A DNA stretch of 64,000 nt, from assembly GCA_900770345.1 (NCBI GenBank), contig CAAGKF010000073.1, positions 529-64,528 of the forward strand. Direction: 5' to 3'. Positions 27,374 to 36,457 of this stretch are shown here, piece by piece (position 1 is the stretch's first letter; each line of letters begins with the position of its first letter). Source of the DNA: Lachnospiraceae bacterium. Lineage in GTDB: Bacteria > Bacillota > Clostridia > Lachnospirales > Lachnospiraceae. The notes beneath the pieces are model-generated. The model worked only from the letters and a program-made list of their open reading frames with translations. It was not told the origin of the DNA and made no database searches. Made by a program: the position numbers and the translations under genes.

Positions 27374-28744
27374 TTAATTACCGCACTGCTGTCTGCGGCG
27401 GAACATACTGATAAAAAAGCCGTCAAAAGGATCCCGCCCGGGAAGAAACTGAACATAGCCCTCCTTCAGGGTATCGGAAGAAAAGGCGGGAATCGGAAGC
27501 CCCTCCGGCACACGCTCCGTCATATCCACCGGATCAAAGGGAAAATTATCCCGGAACCAGGCGGCGTTCTCCTCATTTTCCATCCGGTCAATGGTACATG
27601 TGCTGTAAATCAGCAGTCCTCCGGGCTTTACATACCGCCACACTGCTGACAGGATTTCCCTCTGAAGCTCCGCCAGACTTTTAAGCTTCTCTTCCGTCAT
27701 ATTATACTTGATGTCCGGTTTTTTCCCAATAATGCCCAAGCCGGAGCAGGGAAGGTCGGCAATCAGGATATCCGCCTTTTCCTCAGAGGCCTCATCAAAT
27801 TCCAGCGCATCCATGACCCTGGCCTTTATGTTGACAGCACCGCAGCGCGCCATATTCTCCTCAATGAGGGCGACCTTCTGTTCCGTCAGATCTCTGGCCT
27901 CCACCATACCGGTGCCTGCCAGCTTGTCCGCCAGATGAAGGCTTTTTCCTCCCGGCGCCGCACAGACATCTATGATATAGCTCCCCTTCTCCGGTGCGGC
28001 AAACTCTCCCACCAGAGCAGAACTTGGATCCTGTACCTGGATCCAGCCCCTTAAAAAGGCTTCCAGCCCCTCCAGTGTATCATAGCCGGAAAGAGCCGCC
28101 ATGGTTTCAGAACCGTTCAAAAGGCATACCTTCGCCTGGTTTTTCTCCAGAGAAGCAAGGATCTCCTCCTTTGAGGCGAGATTCCGGTTAAAGCGGATCC
28201 ATGTGGGACTTTCCTCTAAAAAGGAAGCGCATATGGCCGAAGCTGTCTCTTCGCCCCAGTCCTCCTTCCACCTGTCATAGATCCACTGAGGAATGCTGTA
28301 TTTTAAAGAGGGGGTATCAAAGGAAAGCTTATCCTTCTCTCTTGAAATCGTCCGCAGCACACCGTTTACAAAGCCCTTCAGTCCCTGGAACCGGCGCTTC
28401 ACCGCCAGCTTTACCGCCTCATTGCAGACCGCAGAATCCGGCACCCGGTCCATATACAGGATCTGATATACACTCATCCTGAGAAGATTGCGTATAAGAG
28501 GCTTCATCTTTTCTGTTTTCGTTTTGGAATAAAGATTAATCACATAGTCGATCTGAAGCCTGTATTCCAGCGTTCCCTCCGCCGCGCGGGTGATAAAAGC
28601 CCGGTCCGCCTTGCTCAGATACTGGTATTTGTAAAGAGCCTGATTTAAAACCAAATGGACGAAGCTGCCTTTTTCCAGCACCTCCGTCAATATATCCAGC
28701 ACAATCTCTCTGTTTTCAAGTCCTCTGTCCGTCACAGCAGCCAT
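27374..28744 (-). CDS. rsmB: 16S rRNA m5C967 methyltransferase
   Basis: NusB-like N-terminus, DVCAAPGGKS, DLPCSGLG, YSTCT. Confidence 0.95.
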   Translation of the reverse strand: MAAVTDRGLENREIVLDILTEVLEKGSFVHLVLNQALYKYQYLSKADRAFITRAAEGTLEYRLQIDYVINLYSKTKTEKMKPLIRNLLRMSVYQILYMDRVPDSAVCNEAVKLAVKRRFQGLKGFVNGVLRTISREKDKLSFDTPSLKYSIPQWIYDRWKEDWGEETASAICASFLEESPTWIRFNRNLASKEEILASLEKNQAKVCLLNGSETMAALSGYDTLEGLEAFLRGWIQVQDPSSALVGEFAAPEKGSYIIDVCAAPGGKSLHLADKLAGTGMVEARDLTEQKVALIEENMARCGAVNIKARVMDALEFDEASEEKADILIADLPCSGLGIIGKKPDIKYNMTEEKLKSLAELQREILSAVWRYVKPGGLLIYSTCTIDRMENEENAAWFRDNFPFDPVDMTERVPEGLPIPAFSSDTLKEGYVQFLPGRDPFDGFFISMFRRRQQCGN

Positions 28745-28802
28745 GGTCTCATCCTCCCGATCTCAAGGTTTCCTGTCCGGGGCGGTGTCCCGCCCCGCTG
28801 TC

Positions 28803-29507
28803 TCAGTCACGCCTTCTGTTTCCGAACAGCAGCACAAGACGCAGAAGCTGCAGAAGAGAGGCGGCAGCCGCGGCCACATAGGTAAGAGCGGCAGCGCCCA
28901 GTACACTTCTTGTCTGACTTACCTCCTGCCCCACAAGAATCCCGTTGGCATCCAGCAAAGTCACCGCACGGTGAGAGGCATTGTACTCTACCGGCAGCGT
29001 CACCACCTGAAACAGCACAGCCAGGGAAAACATCAGAATTCCCAAACTCACCAGAGATGAACCTCCCAGCAGCAAACCGATGATGATTAACGGCCAGGAA
29101 AGCTTCGATCCGAAATTTGCTACGGGAACAAGTGCCGCACGGATACGTAAGGGAGCGTAATCCCCCGCATCCTGCATGGCATGGCCGCACTCATGGGCCG
29201 CCACACCGATAGCGGCGATCGAAGAAGATCCGTAAACAGAATCCGACAGATTCACCGTTTTCGTTCTCGGATCATAATGATCCGTCAGATTTCCGGCCAC
29301 ATGGCGGATCTGTACATCATAAATTCCCTGGGAATTTAAAAGCTGTCTGGCCGCCTCCGCTCCTGTCATGCCGCATCTGCTTCGCACACCGGAATACCGG
29401 GCATAGGTGGAATTCAATTTGGCGGAAGCCATCATGGAAATAACCACACCGATAAGGATCAGAAAATAGGTAGGGTCAAAATAATACCCCATTGGATAAT
29501 ATCCCAT
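28803..29507 (-). CDS. Membrane zinc metallopeptidase (YugP-like)
   Basis: LTDHYDP, AAHECGHAMQ (HExxH), TLPVEYNAS. Confidence 0.9.
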   Translation of the reverse strand: MGYYPMGYYFDPTYFLILIGVVISMMASAKLNSTYARYSGVRSRCGMTGAEAARQLLNSQGIYDVQIRHVAGNLTDHYDPRTKTVNLSDSVYGSSSIAAIGVAAHECGHAMQDAGDYAPLRIRAALVPVANFGSKLSWPLIIIGLLLGGSSLVSLGILMFSLAVLFQVVTLPVEYNASHRAVTLLDANGILVGQEVSQTRSVLGAAALTYVAAAAASLLQLLRLVLLFGNRRRD

Positions 29508-29510
29508 GTA

Positions 29511-30464
29511 TTACTCACTCACTTTCTTTGTAAAAACATCGCCCTCCGCAACGGGATATCCCCGCAGAAAGGCTTCCACATCCATACGTTTCTTTCCTTC
29601 GATCTGAAGCTCTCTGATTGAAAGAAGGCCGTCACCGCAGGCAGCTGCCAGAGTATGCTTATCACAGATCACCACCTGACCGGGAAGGGCTGAGGCCAAA
29701 GCTTCCTCCTTCGGAAGAACACAGCCAGACCAGATCTTGATCGTTTTCCCTTTCCAGCAGGTATAAGCACTGGGCCAGGGATTTAACCCTCGGATCAGCC
29801 GCTCAATAGCAGCCGCCGGCATCGTCCAGTCGATATCTCCCAGAGACTTTGTCAGCATCTTCGCATAGCAGGTCCCCTCCTCCGTCTGGGGAACAGGGGT
29901 CAGGCTGCCCTCCTCCAGCTTTTTTAAAGTGGAAAGGATCAAACTGCCGCCGGCCAGGCTCAGCTTGTCGTGCAGACTGCCGCCGGTCTCATTCTCCTCA
30001 ATGGGGACAACTGCCTTTTCCAGCATATCACCGGTATCCAGACCCATGTCCATCATCATGGTGGTAACGCCTGTCTCCTTCTCTCCGTCGATCACAGCCC
30101 ACTGAATAGGCGCCGCTCCCCTGTATTTCGGAAGGAGGGACGCATGGATATTGACACAGCCGTAAACCGGAAGCTCCAGAATCGCCCTGGGAAGGATCTG
30201 GCCAAAGGCGATCACTACGATGACCTCCGGAGACAGCTCCTTCAGAATTCCGATAAATTCCGGATCACGAACCTTTACCGGCTGATATACAGGGATCCCG
30301 TATTCCAGTGCTTTGAGCTTCACCGGCGTCATCTGTACCTCTTTTCCTCTGCCCTTCGGCTTGTCAGGCTGCGTCACCACAGCCGCCACCTGATGGCCGG
30401 CCTCCACCAGCGCTTCTAAAGCCGGAACGGAAAAATCCGGCGTTCCCATAAATACGATACGCAT
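29511..30464 (-). CDS. fmt: Methionyl-tRNA formyltransferase
   Basis: MRIVFMGTPDF, NIHASLLPKYRGAAP; real start ATG 30464. Confidence 0.96.
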   Translation of the reverse strand: MRIVFMGTPDFSVPALEALVEAGHQVAAVVTQPDKPKGRGKEVQMTPVKLKALEYGIPVYQPVKVRDPEFIGILKELSPEVIVVIAFGQILPRAILELPVYGCVNIHASLLPKYRGAAPIQWAVIDGEKETGVTTMMMDMGLDTGDMLEKAVVPIEENETGGSLHDKLSLAGGSLILSTLKKLEEGSLTPVPQTEEGTCYAKMLTKSLGDIDWTMPAAAIERLIRGLNPWPSAYTCWKGKTIKIWSGCVLPKEEALASALPGQVVICDKHTLAAACGDGLLSIRELQIEGKKRMDVEAFLRGYPVAEGDVFTKKVSE

Positions 30465-30522
30465 CTGTAACTCATCTCCTCTGCTTTTTTCCGCCTGCAC
30501 TGCAGAACGGAAATCCTGTTTT

Positions 30523-31011
30523 CTACTCTTCCGGAGCTTCCTCTTCCTCCGATTCCACATCCACCAGCTCGCCCTCTACCAGCTCCACATAAAGCTGGCC
30601 GTCAAGATGCGCGCACTCATGGCAGATGGCCCTTGCCAGAAGCCCCTCTCCTGTCAGCTCGTACTCCTCCATGTTCTCATTGAACGCGCGGACAGTGACC
30701 TTTTCCGGTCTTGTAACGATACCGGATTTTCCGGGAACACTGAGACATCCTTCATAACCGGTCTGAGAACCCTCCTGAGAAATAATCTCAGGATTGATCA
30801 GCACATACTGATTTCCGTCCTCCACATCGATCACCACGATCCGCTTCAGGATTCCCACCTGCGGAGCGGCAAGGCCCACACCGTTAGCCTCATACATCGT
30901 CTCAAACATATCCCCGATCAGTGCCAGTGTACGGTCGGTCATCTCCTTCACCGGCTTGCACTTTTTATTCAATACTTCATCACCAATTACTCTAACCTGA
31001 CGAACTGCCAT
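30523..31011 (-). CDS. def: Peptide deformylase
   Basis: GVGLAAPQVG, EGCLS, HECAHLDG. Confidence 0.96.
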   Translation of the reverse strand: MAVRQVRVIGDEVLNKKCKPVKEMTDRTLALIGDMFETMYEANGVGLAAPQVGILKRIVVIDVEDGNQYVLINPEIISQEGSQTGYEGCLSVPGKSGIVTRPEKVTVRAFNENMEEYELTGEGLLARAICHECAHLDGQLYVELVEGELVDVESEEEEAPEE

Positions 31012-31030
31012 TGTATCTGTTCTCCTTTTC

Positions 31031-33280
31031 TTAAGCCAGATCATACTGCACATTCAGCCCCTGAAGATGCCCCGCATCCTGAAGGCGCTGTTCTGCCATT
31101 CTCCTAATCTGTATCAGTATATCATAATTTTCCAGCTTTATATATAAAATTTTTCTATAAATATCATTAACTTTGTATACAGGCGCGTTTACAGGCCCGA
31201 TCATCTGAGGATCCGCCGCAAGAGTACCCCTGTATTCGCCGATCCACTGCACCAGGGCTTCTCCGGCCCGTTCCAGAATTTCTTCCGAGGAGCAGGACAG
31301 CCGTATCGTCAGCAGCCCCACTGCCGGAGGATAGCCGAGAAGACGGCGGTAGGCCATCTCCTGCCGGTAAAAGGCGTCATAATCCTGGACGGCCGCCGAC
31401 TGAATGCTGTAATGATCCGGCTGGTAGGTCTGAATCACCACATTTCCCGCCAGGTCTCCTCTGCCCGCCCGGCCGGCAGCCTGGGTCAAAAGCTGAAAGG
31501 TCTCCTCACTGCAGCGGTAATCGGAAGCGTACAGGGACAGATCCGCCGCAAGAGCACCCACCAGAGTTACTCTCGGAAAGTCGTGACCCTTAACGATCAT
31601 CTGGGTTCCGATCAGGATATCGGCCTCTCCCCGTGCAAAAGAAGAAAGGATCTCCTGATGCCCCCCCTTTCTGGAGGTGGTATCCAGATCCATCCGCAGG
31701 ATCCTGGCCTGAGGAAACATCCGGGCCGTCATGACCTCGATCTTCTGGGTTCCCGTGCCGAAGGGCGCGATATAAGGAGAACCGCAGGAAGGACAGCGTT
31801 CAGGCTGTCGTATGGTATAGCCGCAGTAATGACACATCATCCGCCCGTCCCGATGGAGGGTCAGCGTCACATCACAGTGGGGACATTTAAACGCTTCCCC
31901 GCAGGAACGGCAGGAAACAAAATTGGCATAGCCTCTGCGGTTGATAAACAGCATCACCTGCTCACGCTTTGCCAGACGTTCCTCCATCAGCTCTTTTAAT
32001 CTGCGGCTGAAAATAGTCCTGTTTCCCGCCTTCAGTTCCTCTCTCAGATCCACGATCTCCACCTTCGGCAGCCTGGCATCGGACCTTGCGCGCTCCCTTA
32101 AAGTAAAAAGGCCGTACTCTCCCTTCAGCGCCTTTGTATAGGATTCCAGGGAAGGTGTTGCAGATCCAAGGAGCAGGCTGGCTCCGCAGAGCCCGGCCCT
32201 CCAGGCTGCCGTTTCCCTGGCGTCATATCTGGGAGACAGCTCACTCTTATAGGAATTCTCATGCTCCTCGTCGATGATGATCAGACCCAGCCGGGAGAAA
32301 GGCGCAAAAAGGGCCGATCTTGGCCCGATAATAATATCAATATCTCCCGTTCTGGCCCTCTCATACTGATCGTAGCGCTCTCCCGCGGACATACGGGAAT
32401 TCAGAACGGACACGCGGTCCCCAAACCTGCTGTAAAAACGCATCACTGTCTGGAAGGTCAGGGATATTTCCGGTATCAGGACAATGACCTGACTGCCGGA
32501 CTGCAGCACATGGGAAATCAGCTCCATGTAGACCTCTGTCTTTCCGCTGCCGGTAATTCCGTGAAGGAGATAGGTTCTGCGGATTCCCCGGTCATACTCT
32601 CCCAGTATGGCATCCGCGATACTGCGCTGGGCCGGATTGAGACAGATATCCTTCTCAAAGCCGGCCCCCTCTGCCAGACGTTTCATATCAAGCAGCGGGT
32701 TCCTGTATTTCTCCGTCACCTCGACCGCTATCACGCCCTTTTCTTCCAGCGGCTTGAAAGCCGCCGCCGTCAGATTCAGCCGGCCCGTGGCCTCCTCATA
32801 AGGGATCACCCGGCATTCCTTCAGTGCGTACAGCAGCCTCAGCCGGGCGCTGTATTTTCTTTTTTCCGCTTCCCCAATCACAGCCTCCAGCTCCTTCTCA
32901 TCCAGAAGCAGACGGATTCTCCGTCTGGGCGCCTCCTTTACCTTCTGCTTTACGGGAAGCACCGTTTTTAAGGCCTGATTCATGGTAGAACCGTAGCGCT
33001 CCTTCATCCACCACGCCAGACGGATCAGCTGAGACTGTGCCGTAACGCTTTCCTTAACCACACCGCTGATCTCCTTCAGCTTATCCCTGTCATATTCAGC
33101 CCGATCCGTCAGCTCCACCACATACCCTTTGCGCTGACGGTTTCCGGCGCCGAAGGGAATATACACCTGCACTCCCGCCTCGATCTGTCCCGTCAGACGC
33201 TCCGGCACTCTGTACTGAAAGGTCCTGTCCACACTCTCATGAGAAATATCTATAATAATGTTGGCATACAGCTGACTCAC
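31031..33280 (-). CDS. priA: Primosomal protein N'
   Basis: GITGSGKT, DEEH, four CxxC pairs, GRAGR. Confidence 0.97.
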   Translation of the reverse strand: MSQLYANIIIDISHESVDRTFQYRVPERLTGQIEAGVQVYIPFGAGNRQRKGYVVELTDRAEYDRDKLKEISGVVKESVTAQSQLIRLAWWMKERYGSTMNQALKTVLPVKQKVKEAPRRRIRLLLDEKELEAVIGEAEKRKYSARLRLLYALKECRVIPYEEATGRLNLTAAAFKPLEEKGVIAVEVTEKYRNPLLDMKRLAEGAGFEKDICLNPAQRSIADAILGEYDRGIRRTYLLHGITGSGKTEVYMELISHVLQSGSQVIVLIPEISLTFQTVMRFYSRFGDRVSVLNSRMSAGERYDQYERARTGDIDIIIGPRSALFAPFSRLGLIIIDEEHENSYKSELSPRYDARETAAWRAGLCGASLLLGSATPSLESYTKALKGEYGLFTLRERARSDARLPKVEIVDLREELKAGNRTIFSRRLKELMEERLAKREQVMLFINRRGYANFVSCRSCGEAFKCPHCDVTLTLHRDGRMMCHYCGYTIRQPERCPSCGSPYIAPFGTGTQKIEVMTARMFPQARILRMDLDTTSRKGGHQEILSSFARGEADILIGTQMIVKGHDFPRVTLVGALAADLSLYASDYRCSEETFQLLTQAAGRAGRGDLAGNVVIQTYQPDHYSIQSAAVQDYDAFYRQEMAYRRLLGYPPAVGLLTIRLSCSSEEILERAGEALVQWIGEYRGTLAADPQMIGPVNAPVYKVNDIYRKILYIKLENYDILIQIRRMAEQRLQDAGHLQGLNVQYDLA

Positions 33281-33334
33281 GATGCTTTTCCTCCGATCAG
33301 AACACTGCTTCCCTGAAATAATGCTGACGTGTCT

Positions 33335-33363
33335 AGTATAGCCGATTTCAGACGGGATTGCAA
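33335..33363 (-). promoter_or_regulatory. SigA promoter of the priA operon
   Basis: TTGCAA-N17-TATACT. Confidence 0.7.
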
Positions 33364-33392
33364 TTTGATACGGCCTGCTTTCAAAAATAACT

Positions 33393-33425
33393 AAAAAAGT
33401 TCAGCAAAATACGCTGAACTTTTTA
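33393..33425. terminator. Intrinsic terminator after the sugar ABC permeases
   Basis: AAAAAAGTTCAGC-loop-GCTGAACTTTTT. Confidence 0.85.
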
Positions 33426-33452
33426 TAAACAATATGATCAGATTCTGCTTTT

Positions 33453-34298
33453 TTATCCCTTCAGGCCCGAGGTACTGATGCCTTCCACCAGATATTTCTG
33501 GAAGAAAATAAAGATCAGAACGGAAGGCAGAATCGACAGGCTGGCCATGGCGAACATGGCGCCGTAGTCGGAGGATGAACCGGGATCACAGAAAAGCTTC
33601 AGCGCCAGGCTCACGGGATACATGGCGGATTTGCTGATGTAGAGCAGGGCAGAAAGGAAATCGTCCCATCTCCACATAAAGGAAAAGATGCAGGCCGTCA
33701 CGATAGCCGGTTTGATCAGCGGCACCATGATCCTGGTGAAAATGCCGGTGTAGGAGCAGCCGTCAATCTTTGCGGCCTCATCCAGCTCTGTCGGGATACC
33801 GCCGATAAAGTTGGACATCAGATATACGAAGAAGCCCTGGATCGCAAAGAAATAGGGAACAGTAAGGGGAAGGTAGGTTCCTACCCAGCCCAGCTTCTGA
33901 TACCAGAGATACTGAGGGATCATCAGCACCTGTGCCGGAAGCATCATGGACAGAAGCATTGCGGAAAACAGCAGGTTTTTTCCTCTGAATTTGAATCTGG
34001 CAAAGCCGTAGGCCACAACAGCGGAGGAGATCACAGTTCCAACCGTGCCCACAATAGCGATAAAGAAAGAGTTCTTAAAAAAGGTGGCAAAGGACACCTT
34101 GGCAAAGCCCTTCCAGCCGTTTACATAGTTTTCTGTTACAAATTTCTCCGGAATCAGACTTCCGGCTGTTGTAAAGATTGTACTGGTCTCCTTAAAAGAG
34201 CTCATAACCATCCAGATCAGAGGATAGATCATGATAAGACCGACAATAAAAACAAGTACATGATAAAGGATGCCCTGTGCGATTCTCTTTTCTTTCAC
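33453..34298 (-). CDS. Carbohydrate ABC transporter permease (MalG-like)
   Basis: ELDEAAKIDG EAA loop; GLKG C-terminus. Confidence 0.93.
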   Translation of the reverse strand: MKEKRIAQGILYHVLVFIVGLIMIYPLIWMVMSSFKETSTIFTTAGSLIPEKFVTENYVNGWKGFAKVSFATFFKNSFFIAIVGTVGTVISSAVVAYGFARFKFRGKNLLFSAMLLSMMLPAQVLMIPQYLWYQKLGWVGTYLPLTVPYFFAIQGFFVYLMSNFIGGIPTELDEAAKIDGCSYTGIFTRIMVPLIKPAIVTACIFSFMWRWDDFLSALLYISKSAMYPVSLALKLFCDPGSSSDYGAMFAMASLSILPSVLIFIFFQKYLVEGISTSGLKG

Positions 34299-34300
34299 GA

Positions 34301-35194
34301 TTACAGACCTCCTTCATATACCCAAAATCGCTTGGTTGCAAATAAAAACAGCGTTACAAGGCCGATCAGAGCAAGCATTACCCATGCCATCGCCGCACCG
34401 TAGCCCGTATTGTAGAATTCAAAGGACTGCTGATACATATACACCGTATAGAGCAGAGTGGAATTCATCGGCTTGCCCTGGGTGATAATGTAGCACTGAG
34501 TGAACGCCAGGAAACCGTTGATCATCTGCATTACCAGGTTGAAAAAGATGGTCGGTGTAAGCAGAGGCAGGGTGATCTTAAAGAACTTGGATACAGGACC
34601 CGCTCCGTCCACCATAGCCGCCTCATACAGAGATGCCGGTATCTGCTTTAAGGAAGACAGAAAGATCAGCATGGAGGAACCAAACTGCCAAACGGCCAGC
34701 AAAATAAGGATCCAGATAGCTGTCTTCGTATTTCCCAGCCAGGAGAAGCTTGTCTTGATGCCGATCACCCCCAGAAGCTTATTGATCACGCCGTCCATGG
34801 CAAACATTCTCTTCCAGAGGATGGCAACTGCTACGGAGCCTCCGATAATGGAGGGAAGATAGTAGGCCGCTCTGTAAAACCCGGACATTCTGGAATTGCG
34901 CAGCAGCAGAAGGGCTACGATCAGCGCAAACAGAAGTTTTAAGGGCACCGATACAAAAGCAAAGAAAAATGTCACTCCGATGGATTTCAGAAAGGTTCCG
35001 TCAGCCATCATGTTCTGAAAATTCTTCAGCCCCGTAAACACAGGCGGCGACAGAATATTATAGCTGCAGAAGGAATAGTACAGCGAAATTCCCATGGGAA
35101 CGATCATAAACATCAGAAACCCCAGAGTAAAGGGAAGGGTAAAAATAATTCCCGCTGTGCTCTCCTTATTCATCATATTTTTTAAGGTTTTCAT
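34301..35194 (-). CDS. Carbohydrate ABC transporter permease (MalF-like)
   Basis: LYEAAMVDGA EAA loop; ITLPLLTP. Confidence 0.93.
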   Translation of the reverse strand: MKTLKNMMNKESTAGIIFTLPFTLGFLMFMIVPMGISLYYSFCSYNILSPPVFTGLKNFQNMMADGTFLKSIGVTFFFAFVSVPLKLLFALIVALLLLRNSRMSGFYRAAYYLPSIIGGSVAVAILWKRMFAMDGVINKLLGVIGIKTSFSWLGNTKTAIWILILLAVWQFGSSMLIFLSSLKQIPASLYEAAMVDGAGPVSKFFKITLPLLTPTIFFNLVMQMINGFLAFTQCYIITQGKPMNSTLLYTVYMYQQSFEFYNTGYGAAMAWVMLALIGLVTLFLFATKRFWVYEGGL

Positions 35195-35271
35195 GCTAAT
35201 CCTCCGATTTTTTTAAGTCGGCCCGCTCAACGGCGGGTGTCCATAAAACAGTAATTCCTTTGATCTTCCTG

Positions 35272-35300
35272 TTGTGCATTCGCTGCCGTTCAGATATAAT
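35272..35300 (+). promoter_or_regulatory. SigA promoter of the nucleoside hydrolase gene
   Basis: TTGTGC-N17-TATAAT. Confidence 0.6.
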
Positions 35301-35326
35301 ATATACATAACAGCAACTTTTGTCGA
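35298..35326 (-). promoter_or_regulatory. Candidate opposite-facing SigA promoter pointing at the permeases
   Basis: TCGACA(35326-35321)-N17-TATATT(35303-35298). Confidence 0.45.
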
Positions 35327-35368
35327 TTCTGATTTCGAAGAGAATAACAGAGTTCAAGGAGGCACTGT

Positions 35369-36331
35369 ATGAAAAATTTGTCAGAAAAAAGAAAATTTAT
35401 CATTGACACGGATACCGCTTCCGACGATGCGGCGGCCATTATGATGGCGGCACTGTCGGACAGCATTGAACTGCTGGGGGTTACCGCCGTCAGCGGCAAC
35501 GTGGATGTCAGGCAGGCGGGATTAAACGCGCTTCAGACACTGGAAGTCTGCGGCAGGGGAGATGTGCCGGTATACCTTGGCGCAAAGCGTCCGCTTTTCC
35601 ATGAGCGCAAAGCAACCATCAGCGTCCACGGAAAAGATGGCATGGGTGACAGAGATATCATCCACCCGGTCGGAACTGTACAGCAGATGCGGGCAGTGGA
35701 TTTTATTCTTGACACGGTAAAAAAATACCCCGGCGAGGTGGAAATAGCGGTTTTGGGCCCTGCTACCAACATCGCACTGGCAGTGCTTATTGACCGTGAG
35801 ACCATGAAAAACGTAAAACGGATATGGTCTATGGGTACACCTGGTTTCGGGCCTGGAAATGCAACTCCCATTTCGGAATTCAATGTTTTTATCGACGCAG
35901 AAGCTTATGCAGTGATGCTGGACAGCGGATCTCCGATCACCATTGCCGGCTTCGATCTCTGTACGGGGAATATTGGGCTGGACCGGTATGAATTGTCCTA
36001 TCTCGAGTCCGGAAGTCCGGTAGCAAAATTCCTGACCCAGGCGACCAGCGTGATTTTGCAGTTCAATATAGACACCCGCGGAGTCCACATGGTGGATTTA
36101 CCCGATGCAGTAGCCATGGCGGCAGCGCTGTGGCCCGACTTCGTAAAACAGAGTGTCCGCTGCCATTGCCACTGCTGCACAGAAAACAGCGAAGTATACG
36201 GCCAGGTCATTTTCTTCCAGGAAGGCAAAACCTACGAGGCGATGCCGGGCGCAAAAAAAATAAATGCCGACGTTATCACCGTCGTGGACAGCGATCTGTT
36301 TACCGAACGATTTATGGATCTGATACGGTAA
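35369..36331 (+). CDS. Nucleoside hydrolase (IU-NH family)
   Basis: IIDTDTASDDA (DxDxxxDD), VSGN, VHGKDG, LGPATN, GNATPISEFN; AAGGAGG RBS. Confidence 0.92.
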   Translation: MKNLSEKRKFIIDTDTASDDAAAIMMAALSDSIELLGVTAVSGNVDVRQAGLNALQTLEVCGRGDVPVYLGAKRPLFHERKATISVHGKDGMGDRDIIHPVGTVQQMRAVDFILDTVKKYPGEVEIAVLGPATNIALAVLIDRETMKNVKRIWSMGTPGFGPGNATPISEFNVFIDAEAYAVMLDSGSPITIAGFDLCTGNIGLDRYELSYLESGSPVAKFLTQATSVILQFNIDTRGVHMVDLPDAVAMAAALWPDFVKQSVRCHCHCCTENSEVYGQVIFFQEGKTYEAMPGAKKINADVITVVDSDLFTERFMDLIR

Positions 36332-36364
36332 TCTGACGGCGGCTCATAAGAAAGCGGGCGGATC

Positions 36365-36404
36365 GAGACGCTGTCTGTAAGCTCTCGCTGCCAGACAGCG
36401 TCTC
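36365..36404. other. Strong stem-loop without U-tract downstream of the solute-binding protein gene (likely mRNA stabiliser)
   Basis: 13-bp perfect inverted repeat GAGACGCTGTCTG/CAGACAGCGTCTC. Confidence 0.6.
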
Positions 36405-36457
36405 AAGGCACCCCGGACTTTCTCTTCATTAAAGTCACCGGAGACAGTTTCTCCTGA

